From an uncultured Verrucomicrobiae bacterium (GTDB taxonomy: Bacteria > Verrucomicrobiota > Verrucomicrobiia > Palsa-1439), in assembly GCA_963812605.1 (NCBI GenBank), contig CAWEWF010000001.1:355580-419579 (forward strand): a DNA stretch of 64,000 nt, written 5' to 3'. The notes under the pieces were generated by a model. That model was not told the origin of the DNA. It searched no databases and saw only the letters and a list, made by a program, of their open reading frames with translations. Each line of letters starts with the position of its first letter. The stretch's first letter is position 1. Positions 10,415 through 20,324 of this stretch are shown here, one piece after another. A program made the position numbers and the translations under genes.

Positions 10415-10675
10415 GAAAATCCGCCGCCAGATTAGCGGCCAAAGCGCAAATTGCAAGCATTCGGCTAGCTCCTCCGGCTCGCCTGAATGTGGGAGGGACT
10501 CACCGTCGCGACTCCCATCCGCGTCCTCCCGGTCCGTCATGCTGAGTCCCGTCATGCGACGGGATCCCGCAGGATTGCGGGACTTGTCGAGGCATCTCCC
10601 ACGACACCAACAACCCTTCTAACAACCAGAGCACCCCTGCGAACCCGACTACTATACACTTTATAGCGTCAGGTA

Positions 10676-10699
10676 GCTTCGTTTCTCTGGAAACGAAGC
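10676..10699. promoter_or_regulatory. Perfect palindrome GCTTCGTTTC-tctg-GAAACGAAGC (10-bp arms); copy 1 of a repeated hairpin/operator-like motif
   Basis: Read directly from the sequence. Lies about 260 bp upstream of the permease start on the minus strand. Confidence 0.5.
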
Positions 10700-10738
10700 C
10701 ATTCTCACGAAAAATGCACCTCCTAGACCCCTCAAGAT

Positions 10739-10762
10739 GGGTTCGTTTTCGAAAACGAACCC
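10739..10762. promoter_or_regulatory. Perfect 24-nt palindrome GGGTTCGTTTTCGAAAACGAACCC; copy 2 of the same motif family
   Basis: Read directly. Followed by CCATTCAGAAAATGC, similar to the CCATTCTCACGAAAAATGC after copy 1. A degenerate third copy lies at about 10844-10866. Confidence 0.5.
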
Positions 10763-11294
10763 ATTCAGAAAATGCTACTGGAAGCGGTGCAACCTGCCGT
10801 AAATAAAAGTGATGCATCGAAAAATGTGCGTCAAATAAAATCGGGTTCGTTTCGCAGAAACACATGTTTTACGGCTTCGTATCCTCCCGCGATGGTTCCT
10901 GCACCCAAATGGGCAGCCTGCCGTAGTGGCGCGGGCGTCTCGCCCGTGTCCTTCCGCCTTCGAGTTGAACAGGCGTCCCGCCTGTATTTCCTTAACCGCC
11001 CATTTGCCACCCGCCGCTTGGCCTTCGTAGCCTTGTCAAAGCAGTCTCGCCGTGCTGCCTCCGAATTGTAGGGCTTGCCCCGATTTCGAGATCGGGGCGA
11101 GCGTCCCGCTTGCCGCTGTTAATCTTCCGTTCATAATCTCCGCGCTAATTCTAACGCCCGCCAGCACACCCTGTCCAGTAAAATTATCGATTAACGATAT
11201 ACAGGTGCGCATCAAGTTTTGCGCCTCGTGTTTCGGACGGAACGCTCGATCAGTGTGAGAAGATGAGGAAATAAAGAATCAAAAACCTGTCACC

Positions 11295-11363
11295 CTGAGC
11301 GAAGCGAAGTGTCTCTGTCGTTTGGGAATCCTCGGAACACCAGAGATTCTTCGCTTCGCTCAG
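11295..11363. other. Stem-loop: perfect 15-bp inverted repeat CTGAGCGAAGCGAAG / CTTCGCTTCGCTCAG with 39-nt loop
   Basis: Read directly. Intergenic; possible sRNA, terminator or REP-like element. Confidence 0.45.
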
Positions 11364-11504
11364 AATGACACCACCCTTTGAGTTGGCATTTGTAGAGGAA
11401 TTCTGTTCTCACAACCACCTTCCTAAAATCTGACTCGTGCACCCGACGCGTCAAATCACCAAATTGACATTGCATCGCGTTTTCAGCAGGGGCACAATTA
11501 CTGC

Positions 11505-11684
11505 ATGACGCAAAAGCAGTTGGTTCTGAATGCCATCAATGACTTGCCGGACGACGCCCCTCTTAGCGACATCGTCGAGCGCGTCGAGTTTTTGGCGGCG
11601 GTTCAGAAGGGATTGGATCAACTCGACCAGGGCCCTGGTATCCCGCACGACGAAGTCAAACGGCAACTGGCTTCATGGCTTTAG
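11505..11684 (+). CDS. Small 59-aa protein, DUF2281-like (antitoxin-like) candidate
   Basis: ATG...TAG ORF below the 60-aa track cutoff: MTQKQLVLNAINDLPDDAPLSDIVERVEFLAAVQKGLDQLDQGPGIPHDEVKRQLASWL. The LP...VEFL pattern resembles DUF2281. Its stop overlaps the stop of the convergent paralog B by 4 nt. Confidence 0.3.
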   Translation: MTQKQLVLNAINDLPDDAPLSDIVERVEFLAAVQKGLDQLDQGPGIPHDEVKRQLASWL

Positions 11685-13012
11685 CGTTCGACCGTGAAGG
11701 TGATGTCCTTCTTCTCATCCCCACCATCGTCCCGGCCATCCTCCCCGATGCTGTACACAACGTACCCTTTCGCCAGCTTCTTGTATCGCAATGGCTGGCC
11801 GTCAAATGGGTCGGCCGGAATGGCATCGAGGAACTTTGGTATGAGATTACCAAGCGAGTCCGGTAGCAGGCCGTTGGCGAGTCGGTACCGTTCGATCCCC
11901 AGGGAAATACAAACCGCGCGCAGCTGAGCGGTGTATCGAGCATCTCGTTTTGCCGAGCCGCCCAACAGATTGGCACCCATGCGAGTAAGTGGGCAGACTC
12001 TGAGATTCCCGGCCTTATGCTGTAGAGAATCGAACCGCTCGAAACGTTGCGGAAACGCTATGGTTGAACTGTTGATAAGACCATCCAAAAGGTCCAGGTC
12101 GGCGAGGTAGTCCAGATCCACCAGTCCAGACGGTCTGTAAATGATTCCGACCACGCGGTCGACGACGCCTATCTTTTCATCACTATATCGAGTCAGATCG
12201 GTGAGAGGCACTTTCCCCTTGCGGATTTCATCCCATTCTTCGTTGCCCCACGCTCTCTCGCCGATAAGAGCCTGAGTAAAGCTATTGGTGGTTTCGACAT
12301 CTCTAAAAGCAGCGCTTAACTCAGATAGCTGCGGGTCGGTGAAAGTCGCGCGACTCAATGCTTGTTCTAAACTGGAAATCGTGATCCCCAAGCAGGCGCT
12401 CTCCACAAGGTAGGAGATCAGCAAGGAGCGATCTCTCAATGATTCGGCCATGGCAAGCGAGGCCGTGACCGCTTCTGCGGCGCGGTGCGTATTCCCGCTC
12501 GCCGCCGCTAACAACGTCTCAAGATCGAGAAGACGGGCGCACCTTCTCACAGAAGTGAGCTGCTTCATCTGTGAACTGATCATCTTCTCAGGGGTGGATA
12601 AATCTGACGGATAACGACAGGATTTCATTTTTGCTGCTTCATGAAGGAAATTAAGGCTCTCTCGATTTGCGGCGAGATAGTCTGCAATTCCTTGCTTCAT
12701 CTCCGTCGGAAGCAGAGTGTTGCGCGCCGGCAGACGCGTAGATCCGACAATTGGCAGATTTGTGTCCGTCTCAGACTTGACGTAGTGCTGAAAAGCTTCC
12801 ATGTAGATGCTGGCGGCATTTTCGTCCAGCGGCACTTGCGGGTACCACTTATCGAATTCGGCGAGCGTGACCGGATAGCCTTGTTTGCGGATTTCATCCA
12901 GCTTGGATTCAACCATACGATGGAGCGTATAGCGGTAGATGGCGAAGATGGCGGCGAGCCCCAACACAATGAGCAGCACGAGGCGCAGTCGCCGGGCGGA
13001 CTTCGAAGCCAT
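11681..13012 (-). CDS. Membrane-anchored protein with pseudopilin-like C-terminal motif; paralog B
   Basis: Likely start MASKSARRLR at 13012. TM helix. Shares YPVTLAEFDKWYPQVP and C-terminal DPFDGQPLRYKKLAKGYVVYSIGEDGRDDGG with paralog A. The C-terminal coding sequence is also highly similar at nucleotide level. Confidence 0.6.
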   Translation of the reverse strand: MASKSARRLRLVLLIVLGLAAIFAIYRYTLHRMVESKLDEIRKQGYPVTLAEFDKWYPQVPLDENAASIYMEAFQHYVKSETDTNLPIVGSTRLPARNTLLPTEMKQGIADYLAANRESLNFLHEAAKMKSCRYPSDLSTPEKMISSQMKQLTSVRRCARLLDLETLLAAASGNTHRAAEAVTASLAMAESLRDRSLLISYLVESACLGITISSLEQALSRATFTDPQLSELSAAFRDVETTNSFTQALIGERAWGNEEWDEIRKGKVPLTDLTRYSDEKIGVVDRVVGIIYRPSGLVDLDYLADLDLLDGLINSSTIAFPQRFERFDSLQHKAGNLRVCPLTRMGANLLGGSAKRDARYTAQLRAVCISLGIERYRLANGLLPDSLGNLIPKFLDAIPADPFDGQPLRYKKLAKGYVVYSIGEDGRDDGGDEKKDITFTVER

Positions 13013-13077
13013 GCGCTGAGTGTAACATTTCCACCCGCGTTGACAACTCACGCTGGAGTTCGTAGCCTCGTGGCAAG

Positions 13078-14361
13078 ATGATTCGCCGATACAGCCGCGA
13101 GGCGATGCGCGAGATTTGGACGGACGAGAACAAGTTCTCCATCTGGCTCCGGATTGAGATTCTGGCGTGCGAGGCCCGCAAGATTCCCGCGAAAGACCTC
13201 GCGACCATCAAGCGGCGCGCGAAATTCAACGTCAAGCGCATCGACGAGATCGAGCGCACGACCAACCACGATCTCATCGCGTTTCTTACCAATGTCGCCG
13301 AACACGTCGGTCCGGCTTCGCGTCATATTCACGAAGGGCTCACATCGTCCGATGTTGTGGATACCGCCCTGGCAGTGCGAATGGTGCAATCAGCGGATAT
13401 TCTCATCGACGACGTGAGGAAACTGCGCTCCGTCGTCGCGAAGAAGGCGAAGAAATACAAATACGTTCCCATGATCGGGCGCACGCACGGCGTACACGCC
13501 GAACCGATTACATTCGGGCTCAAGATGGCGCTGATGTACGACGAGTTCGGTCGCGCGCTCGAACGGCTCGTGCTGGCCCGCGACATCGTTGCCGTCGGAA
13601 AAATCTCCGGCGCGGTCGGCACGTACGCGCACATGAACCCCAGGGTTGAGCAATACGTCTGCCGGAAGCTCGGCCTGCAAGCCGACAGGATTTCCACGCA
13701 GATCGTCCAGCGCGACCGCCACGCCGAATTCATGAGCGCGCTGGCGCTTGTCGGTTGCTCCATCGACCGCTGGGCGCTGGAGTTCCGTCACCTGCAGCGC
13801 ACGGAGGTGCTCGAAGCCGAGGAATTTTTCGCGGCGGGACAGAAGGGCAGCAGCGCCATGCCGCACAAGCGCAATCCCATCACCTGCGAGCGGCTCTCCG
13901 GTCTGGCGCGTGTGTTGCGCGGCAATGCGCTTGCCGCCATGGAAAACGTTGCCCTCTGGCACGAGCGCGACATTTCCCACAGCAGCGTCGAACGCATCAT
14001 CCTGCCCGATTCGACCACGTTGCTCGATTATATGCTCGTCACGCTCGCGGACGTGGTGGACAAGCTGCTCGTCTACCCCGCGCGCATGAAATCAAATCTC
14101 GAAGCGAGCAAGGGCTTGATCTATTCGCAAGGGATCCTGCTCGCCCTCACGCGCAAGGGGCTCGGTCGCGAGAAGGCGTATGCGCTCGTCCAGCGCAACG
14201 CGATGAAGACCTGGGCCGGCGCCGGGACGTTCAAGGAATTCCTGCTGAAAGACGCAGAAGTAATGCGATGGCTCACGAAGCGCGAGATCGAGGCCTTCTT
14301 CAATCTCGATGTTTACTTGCGTCAAGTAGACAACACGTTCCAAAAAGTCGGAATCAAATAA
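13078..14361 (+). CDS. purB: Adenylosuccinate lyase
   Basis: 427 aa; fumarate-lyase family signature GSSAMPHKRNP; full-length similarity pattern to PurB. Confidence 0.9.
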   Translation: MIRRYSREAMREIWTDENKFSIWLRIEILACEARKIPAKDLATIKRRAKFNVKRIDEIERTTNHDLIAFLTNVAEHVGPASRHIHEGLTSSDVVDTALAVRMVQSADILIDDVRKLRSVVAKKAKKYKYVPMIGRTHGVHAEPITFGLKMALMYDEFGRALERLVLARDIVAVGKISGAVGTYAHMNPRVEQYVCRKLGLQADRISTQIVQRDRHAEFMSALALVGCSIDRWALEFRHLQRTEVLEAEEFFAAGQKGSSAMPHKRNPITCERLSGLARVLRGNALAAMENVALWHERDISHSSVERIILPDSTTLLDYMLVTLADVVDKLLVYPARMKSNLEASKGLIYSQGILLALTRKGLGREKAYALVQRNAMKTWAGAGTFKEFLLKDAEVMRWLTKREIEAFFNLDVYLRQVDNTFQKVGIK

Positions 14362-14444
14362 CCAGAAAATGCGTGTTGGGCCATGAACAAGGTGAGCCGG
14401 GAGCGTAAAAAACATTCGTGTCCATTCGCGTCCATTCGTGGTAA

Positions 14445-14702
14445 ATGATTTTTATTGTTATGAAGGCGAGAATTATCGTCATGCCGAAGAAGACCGTGTT
14501 GGATCCGCAAGGGAAAACCGTCAAGCACGCGCTAGAGTCGATGAATTTCAGCGGTATCAAGGAAGTGCGCATCGGCAAATTCATGGAGATCGAACTGGAG
14601 GGTGGTAACAAGGCCGAGTTGCAGAAGAAGATCGACGAAGCCTGCCACAAACTATTGAGCAATCCGGTCATTGAAGAATACACATTTGAGGTACACGAAT
14701 AG
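14445..14702 (+). CDS. purS: Phosphoribosylformylglycinamidine synthase subunit PurS
   Basis: About 80 aa; VLDPQGKTVKHAL motif; sits directly upstream of purQ. Confidence 0.85.
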   Translation: MIFIVMKARIIVMPKKTVLDPQGKTVKHALESMNFSGIKEVRIGKFMEIELEGGNKAELQKKIDEACHKLLSNPVIEEYTFEVHE

Positions 14703-14711
14703 CTTCGTGTC

Positions 14712-15431
14712 ATGAACTTTGGGATTATCCAGTTTCCCGGCAGTAATTGCGATCAGGACGCCTATCACGTGCTTGCAGACGTGCTCGGTCAGCCCACGCG
14801 GTACATCTGGCACAAGGACACCACACTGGGCGATGTCGATTGCGTCGTCGTGCCCGGCGGGTTCAGCTACGGCGACTACCTGCGCACGGGGGCCATCGCG
14901 CGCTTCTCGCCCGCCATGAAGGCCGTGATCGCCCACGCGGAGTCGGGCCGGCTTGTGCTCGGCATCTGCAACGGCTTTCAGATTCTCTGCGAAGCGCATT
15001 TGTTGCCGGGCGCGCTGATTCGGAATCGCGGACTCAAGTTCCGCTGCGAACACGTTCATGTGCGGATCGAAACGACAAACTCGCCTTTCACCAACGCTGC
15101 GCGCAAGGGCCAGGTCTTGCGCATCCCGATTGCGCACGGAGAAGGCAACTATTTCGCCGATCCGTCCGTGATTGAGGAACTCCAGCGCGAAGACCGCGTT
15201 CTCCTCCGCTACTGCACGAAGGACGGAACGATTGCTGATGCCGCCAACCCGAACGGGTCACTCGATAACATCGCCGGCATCTGCAACGAAGGCCGCAACG
15301 TCTTCGGCCTGATGCCGCATCCCGAACGCGCCAGCGAACTCCTGCTCGGCAGCGAAGACGGAAAACTGATTTTCGAGTCGATTCTCCGGCACGCGAAAGC
15401 GGGATGGCAGGAAGCGGTCAGCGTCAGCTAG
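14712..15431 (+). CDS. purQ: Phosphoribosylformylglycinamidine synthase I (glutaminase subunit)
   Basis: Class I glutamine amidotransferase motifs GICNGFQ (Cys nucleophile) and HPE. Confidence 0.9.
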   Translation: MNFGIIQFPGSNCDQDAYHVLADVLGQPTRYIWHKDTTLGDVDCVVVPGGFSYGDYLRTGAIARFSPAMKAVIAHAESGRLVLGICNGFQILCEAHLLPGALIRNRGLKFRCEHVHVRIETTNSPFTNAARKGQVLRIPIAHGEGNYFADPSVIEELQREDRVLLRYCTKDGTIADAANPNGSLDNIAGICNEGRNVFGLMPHPERASELLLGSEDGKLIFESILRHAKAGWQEAVSVS

Positions 15432-15457
15432 GACTGGCTGCCGCTGGCGCCAAAAGC

Positions 15458-16444
15458 TTAGCCCGCCAGGATGCGTTCGATTTCATGCAGCTCGGTGGCG
15501 GAGAACTTCAGGTTGGCGAGGGCGGCGACATTTTCATCGATCTGACTGACGCGGCTCGCGCCGATCAGCGCGCTGGTCACAGCGTCATCGCGCAGCACCC
15601 ACGCCAGGGCCATCTGCGCCATGCTTTGACCGCGACGCTGGGCAAGCGCATTCAATTGCTTCACCTTCGCGACCGCCTCGGGAGTGACGTGCTGCGGCCT
15701 GAGGAAACCGTCCGGACTGGCCGCGCGCGAGTTTGCCGGGATGCCCGCCAGATATTTGTCAGTCAATAAACCTTGCGCGAGCGGACAGAAAGCGATCACG
15801 CCCAGGCCCAGTTTCCGTGTGTGCGGCAGCAGATCGGATTCAATCCAGCGATTGAGCATGGAGTAGGAAGGCTGGTGGATGATCAGCGGCGTGCGCAATT
15901 CCTGGGCGACCTTCATTGCCGCCTCGGTCATCGCCCCATTATAGCTGCTGATGCCGACATAGAGGGCTTTGCCCTGTCGGACCGCGCTGTCGAGCGCGCC
16001 AATGGTTTCCTCCAGTGGCGTATCGGGATCGGGTCGGTGCGAATAAAAGATGTCCACATACTCCAACCCAAGTCTCTGGAGCGATTGGTCGAGACTGGCC
16101 AGAAGATATTTGCGCGATCCCCATTCGCCATAAGGCCCGGGCCACATTCCGTACCCGGCTTTCGTCGAGATGATGAGTTCGTCCCGATAACCCTGGAAAT
16201 CCTGCGCCAGCACCTGTCCCGCGAATGACTCCGCGCTGCCGGCCGGCGGTCCATAATTGTTGGCGAAATCGAAATGCGTGATGCCGAGGTCGAACGCGCG
16301 ATGCAACATGCGGCGCGCCTCGGCGTGGTCGGCGTGTCCGCCGAAGTTGTGCCAGCAGCCGAGCGACAGGGCCGGCAGCTTCAACCCGCTGTGGCCGCAG
16401 CGGCGGTACGGCATGGTTTGGTAACGATTTTCAGAAAAGTTCAT
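15458..16444 (-). CDS. Aldo/keto reductase (YghZ/Tas-like)
   Basis: AKR motifs [16 protein letters not shown] and IGISSY; 328 aa. Sits on the opposite strand between purQ and purL. Confidence 0.85.
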   Translation of the reverse strand: MNFSENRYQTMPYRRCGHSGLKLPALSLGCWHNFGGHADHAEARRMLHRAFDLGITHFDFANNYGPPAGSAESFAGQVLAQDFQGYRDELIISTKAGYGMWPGPYGEWGSRKYLLASLDQSLQRLGLEYVDIFYSHRPDPDTPLEETIGALDSAVRQGKALYVGISSYNGAMTEAAMKVAQELRTPLIIHQPSYSMLNRWIESDLLPHTRKLGLGVIAFCPLAQGLLTDKYLAGIPANSRAASPDGFLRPQHVTPEAVAKVKQLNALAQRRGQSMAQMALAWVLRDDAVTSALIGASRVSQIDENVAALANLKFSATELHEIERILAG

Positions 16445-16542
16445 GGATTTTGATTTCGTTACTAGTGTGTGACATTGCGCAGATACTGTCGAGCCGGTTG
16501 TTGGTTTTCGGCAAGACGTATACTAGACTTCCTGCATTGCGA

Positions 16543-18870
16543 ATGAAAGCTGACATCGAAATCACGCCGGAGATTATCGCCAAGCATGGGGTCACACCAG
16601 AAGAGTACGAGCGCATCAAGAAGATCCTGGGACGCGCGCCGAATATCACGGAACTCGGCATCTTCTCGGTGATGTGGAGCGAGCATTGCAGCTACAAGAA
16701 TTCGCGGCCCGAACTGAAGAAATTCCCGCGTGACGCGCCGTTTATCCTGGTGAAGGCGGGCGAGGAAAATGCCGGGATCGTGGATATCGGCGACGGGTGG
16801 GCCATCGCGTTCAAGATCGAGTCCCACAATCACCCGAGCGCCGTGGAGCCGTTTCAAGGAGCGGCGACGGGAGTGGGCGGGATCATCCGCGACATTTTCA
16901 CGATGGGCGCGCGGCCAATCCTCAATATGAACTCGTTGCGGTTCGGTCTTATCGAGGAGAGCAAAGACACAGGCAGGGACGCCTGCGCCACCAACCGCCG
17001 GCTGTTCGCGGGCGTCGTGGCGGGGATCGCGCATTACGGCAACTGCATTGGGATTCCGACGGTGGGCGGCGAAGTGTATTTCGACGAATCATACGATGGC
17101 AACCCGCTGGTCAACGCGCTCTCGCTGGGCGTGTTGCGCCACGACCAGATCAAGCGCGGCAAAGCGGCGGGCGTCGGCAACCCCGTCATCTATGTGGGCA
17201 GCGCGACTGGTCGCGATGGGCTGGCCGGCGCGGCGTTCGCCTCGCGGGAACTCACGGAAGAATCGCAACGCGACCGGCCCGCCGTGCAGGTGGGCGATCC
17301 ATTCATGGAGAAACTATTGCTGGAGGCCTGCCTCGAAGTGATGCGCACCAATGGCCTCGTGGTGGGCATCCAGGACATGGGCGCGGCGGGGCTCACGTGT
17401 TCGACCTGCGAAACCGCCAGCCGTGGCGGCACGGGCAATGAGATTGACCTGGACCTGGTGCCGAAACGCGAGACGGGCATGACACCGTACGAGATCCTGC
17501 TCAGCGAATCACAGGAACGGATGCTGCTCATCGCGCAAAAAGGCCGTGAGAAGGAAGTCGAGGCAATCTTCGAGAAATGGGACCTGCACGGCGTCACCAT
17601 TGGCCGGGTGACGGACGATGGCCTGATGCGCGTCAAGGTTGGCAGCGCCGTCGCGGCGGAGATTCCGGCAAAACAACTCGCCGAAGACGCGCCGATTTAC
17701 CACCGCGAAGCGAAACAACCGGACTGGGAAATTCGCAACGCGAGTTTTGAAATTCAAGAAGTTACTGAACCAAACGATTGCCAGGACGTTTTGCTCAAGC
17801 TGCTTGGCTCTCCGACGATTGCCTCCAAGAACTGGGTGTACCGGCAGTACGATCACATGGTGCAGGACGGAACGGTGGTGGCCCCCGGCAGCGACGCGGC
17901 GGTGGTGCGCATCAAACTTTCGCGGCCCGATCTCGGCGTACCCGGCGCGACGGGCGAGAAATACCTTGCGTTCACGACCGACTGCAACTCCACCTACTGC
18001 TATCTCGACCCCTTTGAGGGCGGCAAGATCGCCGTGGCGGAAGCTGCGCGCAACCTGGTCTGCAGCGGGGCGCGCCCCCTGGCCATCACCGACAACCTGA
18101 ACTTCGGCAACCCCATGAAACCGGAAGTGTTCTGGCAGTTCCGCCGTTGCGTCGAGGGCCTCTGCGAAGCCTGCCAGGTTTTCGATACGCCGGTCACCGG
18201 CGGCAACGTCAGTTTCTACAACGAATCGCCCGCGGGCGCGATTGACCCGACGCCGACGATCGGCATGCTTGGGTTGATCGACGACCCGAAGCACATCACC
18301 ACCCAATGGTTCAAGGGCGAGGGTGATGTAATTCTGCTATTGGGCGAAATGGGCGACGAACTCGGCGGCAGCGAGTATCTGAAACGGGTCCATGGACTCA
18401 AAACCGGCAAGCCGCCGCGGTTGGATTTGACGTTGGCGAAGCAGATTTCGGACTTCACCCTGGAGAGCATTCGCAAAGGCTGGGTCAGGAGCGCGCACGA
18501 CTGTAGCGAAGGCGGCCTGGCGGTGGCCCTTGCGGAATGCTGCATGAGCAACGGCGAGGCGATGATCGGCGCGAGTGTGGACTTATCCAGATTTCCGGGA
18601 CGACTGGATGCCGTGCTGTTTGGTGAAACGCAGTCGCGGATCGTGCTCAGTTGCCCGGCAAAGCACGCGGAGGAAATCCTGCGCGCGGGCCTGCCGGCGA
18701 CCCGCCTCGGGGTCACGGGAGGCAATTCTCTGAAAATTCGAACGCTTCGCGGCGAGTTATCCTGGGACCTGGCGCGTCTGCGGGATGTTTGGTGGAACGC
18801 GATCGGGCGCCTCATGGACGTTCTGAGCGATGCGAATTATTTCTGCTTCCCCAACAACTTCTGGAGATAG
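16543..18870 (+). CDS. purL: Phosphoribosylformylglycinamidine synthase II
   Basis: MWSEHCSYK and ESHNHPS motifs; two AIR-synthase-related domains; about 775 aa from the ATG at 16543. Confidence 0.9.
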   Translation: MKADIEITPEIIAKHGVTPEEYERIKKILGRAPNITELGIFSVMWSEHCSYKNSRPELKKFPRDAPFILVKAGEENAGIVDIGDGWAIAFKIESHNHPSAVEPFQGAATGVGGIIRDIFTMGARPILNMNSLRFGLIEESKDTGRDACATNRRLFAGVVAGIAHYGNCIGIPTVGGEVYFDESYDGNPLVNALSLGVLRHDQIKRGKAAGVGNPVIYVGSATGRDGLAGAAFASRELTEESQRDRPAVQVGDPFMEKLLLEACLEVMRTNGLVVGIQDMGAAGLTCSTCETASRGGTGNEIDLDLVPKRETGMTPYEILLSESQERMLLIAQKGREKEVEAIFEKWDLHGVTIGRVTDDGLMRVKVGSAVAAEIPAKQLAEDAPIYHREAKQPDWEIRNASFEIQEVTEPNDCQDVLLKLLGSPTIASKNWVYRQYDHMVQDGTVVAPGSDAAVVRIKLSRPDLGVPGATGEKYLAFTTDCNSTYCYLDPFEGGKIAVAEAARNLVCSGARPLAITDNLNFGNPMKPEVFWQFRRCVEGLCEACQVFDTPVTGGNVSFYNESPAGAIDPTPTIGMLGLIDDPKHITTQWFKGEGDVILLLGEMGDELGGSEYLKRVHGLKTGKPPRLDLTLAKQISDFTLESIRKGWVRSAHDCSEGGLAVALAECCMSNGEAMIGASVDLSRFPGRLDAVLFGETQSRIVLSCPAKHAEEILRAGLPATRLGVTGGNSLKIRTLRGELSWDLARLRDVWWNAIGRLMDVLSDANYFCFPNNFWR

Positions 18871-19205
18871 TCCGGCATCGATGGTCGTTGCGCGGGCTGG
18901 GCGGTTGTGTTGGTCGTGCTGGAAACTTTCTGCTGGATCTCGGCAATGGTGTCCTTGAGCGCCTGCTGCTGATCGGGTGTCAACTTGGCCTTGTGCGACA
19001 GGACCTGCAGGTCGCCAAGCGCCTCGGGATAGTTGTTGGATTTGACAGCCGACACGGCCTTATCGACGAGCGTCTGCATGGCGGGTTCGGCCTCTTTGAA
19101 ACTGCTCTGCAGCTCGGAAGTGCTCACCCGGCCTTTGTGACCGCAGCCGGTGATGGCCAACAATGCGCCCAGCGCCGCAACCAGCATCCACGCAAATCTT
19201 CTCAT
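18837..19205 (-). CDS. Small secreted lipoprotein, unknown function
   Basis: Lipobox LLAITGC after [14 protein letters not shown]; about 122 aa. Confidence 0.4.
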   Translation of the reverse strand: MRRFAWMLVAALGALLAITGCGHKGRVSTSELQSSFKEAEPAMQTLVDKAVSAVKSNNYPEALGDLQVLSHKAKLTPDQQQALKDTIAEIQQKVSSTTNTTAQPAQRPSMPDYLQKLLGKQK

Positions 19206-19715
19206 GACTGTGCTCCCGTCCGGGCGCAGGATAGGCAGCGCCCGCGGAACGGTCAAACTCAAATGCCGACCAATCCACGGCCCTTCGGCCTTCGTAGTAA
19301 CTATTGAACGGCGGGAGCGATGAGCCGTCGGAAACAAGGATGAGACGCATGAACCGAAACTGGAATGTGCCCGGTGCTCGCCTCAAAGCGAAACACCCGC
19401 GGCCTCATCCCCCTCGGCGGTGCATGGTGCCCGTCGCGTTCGTGGTCTCCCTTTCGTGGCCCGTGACGGTCACGATCAGGAGGCCAGAGTGCCAAAGCCG
19501 AAATAGATTCCTTCATGCAATTCGAGCCACATCAATTCCGAGAGCGCCCCTGCGCTTCCGCGCGCGGGTATGATCCGTTTCCGGAGCGGACAACCTCGTT
19601 TGGCATGGCGCTTCCACCAGCGCGCTGGCGCCGACCGATTTCAACCAGACGATCGCGATATCGCCCGCCAATCTTTTCACTCGCCAGCTTTTCGCGCGAT
19701 TGCTACATTGCCGCG

Positions 19716-20324
19716 ATGTCCGATGGCCAAAGTGGGGGAAACGCCGCTTCGACAGAGATGCGGGATGACGGCGCGTTGTTACGCGCAGTGACCGCGCGTG
19801 ACAAAGGGGCGTTTCAGCAGCTCTATACGCGCCACAGTCCGCTGCTCTTTGGCCTCGCGGTGAAGATTCTGGGTGATCGGGTCGAGGCCGAAGACGTTTT
19901 GCAGGAGACTTTCGTCCAGGTTTGGAAAACCGCCGCCACGTTCGATGACCAACGCGGCAAGCCGCTCGCCTGGTTCATCATGCTCACGCGCAGTCGCGCC
20001 ATCGACCGTCTCCGGTCGCGCAAGACCCGCTCCCGTCTCGCTGATTCCGTCGGCCAAGACAAATCTCAAATCACAACGGGCACGACACCCGCCGACGACG
20101 CGGTCGCCTCGGAGGCGCAACGGACCGTGCGCGACGCCCTGGGCAAACTCCCGGAGGACCAGCGGGTGCCCATTGAGATGGCTTATTTCGGCGGGCTGAC
20201 CCAGTTTGAGATCGCTCAAAAACTCAGCCAGCCCCTCGGCACGGTGAAAACCAGGATCCGCGCCGGCATGGTCCGTCTTCGCGAGCAACTGGGCGGCACC
20301 GTGAGAGAGGGGCGCACGCCATGA
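19716..20324 (+). CDS. ECF-type RNA polymerase sigma-70 factor
   Basis: Region 2 (FQQLYTRHSPLLFGLA...DVLQETFVQVW) and region 4 (QRVPIEMAYFGGLTQFEIAQKL...VKTRIRAG) patterns. Confidence 0.8.
   Translation: MSDGQSGGNAASTEMRDDGALLRAVTARDKGAFQQLYTRHSPLLFGLAVKILGDRVEAEDVLQETFVQVWKTAATFDDQRGKPLAWFIMLTRSRAIDRLRSRKTRSRLADSVGQDKSQITTGTTPADDAVASEAQRTVRDALGKLPEDQRVPIEMAYFGGLTQFEIAQKLSQPLGTVKTRIRAGMVRLREQLGGTVREGRTP

Noticed and set aside
9090-10460. 456-aa minus-strand ORF overlapping the permease and SBP genes
   Set aside because: It is in a different frame from two well-supported genes. The translation is Arg/Gly/Pro-rich low-complexity sequence typical of off-frame reading in high-GC DNA.
10500-11475. 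ORFs 10500-10865(-), 10772-11071(+), 11052-11258(+), 11290-11475(-) in the long intergenic region
   Set aside because: AT-richer, repeat- and hairpin-rich stretch. Translations lack motifs and overlap one another. More likely noncoding or regulatory.
11464-11498. Possible sigma-70 promoter (TTGACA at 11464) upstream of the 59-aa ORF
   Set aside because: The nearest -10-like hexamer (CACAAT) is about 22-23 bp away, outside the 16-19 bp spacing, so it is not reported as a promoter.
13048-13389. 113-aa minus-strand ORF at the 5' end of purB
   Set aside because: Overlaps the purB start in antisense. The paralog B start is better placed at 13012.
17509-18306. 265-aa ORF antisense to purL, and similar antisense ORFs inside purF, the S8 peptidase and kdpA (for example 22534-24075 and 61312-62031)
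   Set aside because: They lie fully within strongly supported genes on the opposite strand. Long stop-free antisense frames are expected at this GC content. No motifs.
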